Source of the DNA: Lingula anatina
Lineage: Eukaryota > Animalia > Brachiopoda
NCBI GenBank assembly: GCA_051362555.1
Contig: CM120641.1
Coordinates: forward strand, 48,552,401-48,616,400
Direction of reading: 5' to 3'
DNA: 64,000 nucleotides
The notes below the pieces were generated by a model, which saw nothing but the letters and a program-made list of their open reading frames with translations, did no database searches and was not told the origin of the DNA. The position numbers and the translations under genes are program-made. Positions within the stretch are counted from its first letter, which is position 1. Every line of letters starts with the position of its first letter. Positions 62,954-64,000 of the stretch are shown here, one piece after another.

Positions 62954-64000
62954 TGAACTCTTAATTCGGTAGACATAGTCTACTCACAATGGGAAAACCA
63001 ACCAAGACTTCACAGCCCTTTACTTATGAATTTTTTACTATCAGGACAAGGAAATCTCAGACCCTGAGCTGTATGGCGATGAAGTACATGTATCTTATTT
63101 CTCAAAGAAGACTGTCTGTAATATTCTGAAGTGCCAATTATGTTTCCCTGTGTACACATAGCTGTCAAGAATTGTTTCAGTCAAGTTCAGTGAAGGATGC
63201 TGATACATATGTGCTCAACTGAATCTTATTGAACATGCAATGAAAACATCAATACCTTGAACAGTCTGTGACACAATATTTTGGGGATATACTTTGTTTA
63301 TAAGAAGAATCATCATGTGAAATTTTAATCTGAAATTGCTCAATAATATTGTATTTATCATATCATTTATTGCTATTTTGAAAAGATCATCATGTTTGGA
63401 AATTTCTTTTGTTTACTTTTGTTTTAGCACATCAGCCCCTCCCCCCTCCTCCCCTATTTTAGACATTAAAACAGGGTTTTATAAAGTTGGTCACAACAAA
63501 TTAACCTAAATAGGATCTGATCAGATATAGGTTTTATGCAGTGTTATGGTCAATATATTATTATCACAAAAACAAAACCCAGGAGATTTATCTCGGTAAA
63601 TTATACTCACAGTGAAAATTTAAAGTCCTCTTTTCCTCCTGTTATTAGCCAAAAAATAAAAAGAATTTAGTTTTCCTCAGCTGCAGCAGACCATCTTGAT
63701 GTATTCACACACAAAACAAACAAACAAACAAAAAACTTATCAAAGGAAGAATCTTTTGCATAACTGTCATATTTTTCCCCTCTAACAGCCAGTAAACATG
63801 ATTCCTAGAATGATTTGAAGCATTCAAAAACAAAAAGTGAAACAATAATCAAGTTGTAAGTAAATAATTTATTGAAAATATCAATAAATTTGTTTAGCAA
63901 CCAAGGACCAGCCAATTGTGCACACTTCATTTTCAAATGATTTGACATGAAAAATGTTACTTGGTCCCCCTCAGATTGAAAATTAATAAATAAAAACAAT

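Overview
Intron-rich, AT-rich animal genomic DNA (invertebrate; lophotrochozoan-like by inference only). Read by hand from GT-AG splice sites and reading frames: the 5' end of a CARD-domain gene (-, runs off the left edge); two clan-3 cytochrome P450 genes in a ~7 kb head-to-head inverted duplication; a 3-exon DUF296/PPC-domain gene; a 20-exon, 1000-aa membrane aminopeptidase N-like gene; an intronless FMRFamide-receptor-like GPCR (-); a third, more diverged P450 paralog; G3BP (-, 469 aa); and a small uncharacterised gene divergent from G3BP. Main signals: (1) G3BP introns host repeated box C/D snoRNAs (three SNORD103/85-like, two SNORD16-like, all antisense to the 5' domain of 18S rRNA) plus two H/ACA candidates; (2) all three P450s lack the conserved I-helix acidic residue (AGFGT/AGFST instead of AGxET); (3) the palindromic P450 pair shows a gene-conversion-like identical tract with changes clustered in substrate-recognition regions. 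Several MITE families and microsatellites are present. No database searches were run; family names come from recalled motifs.
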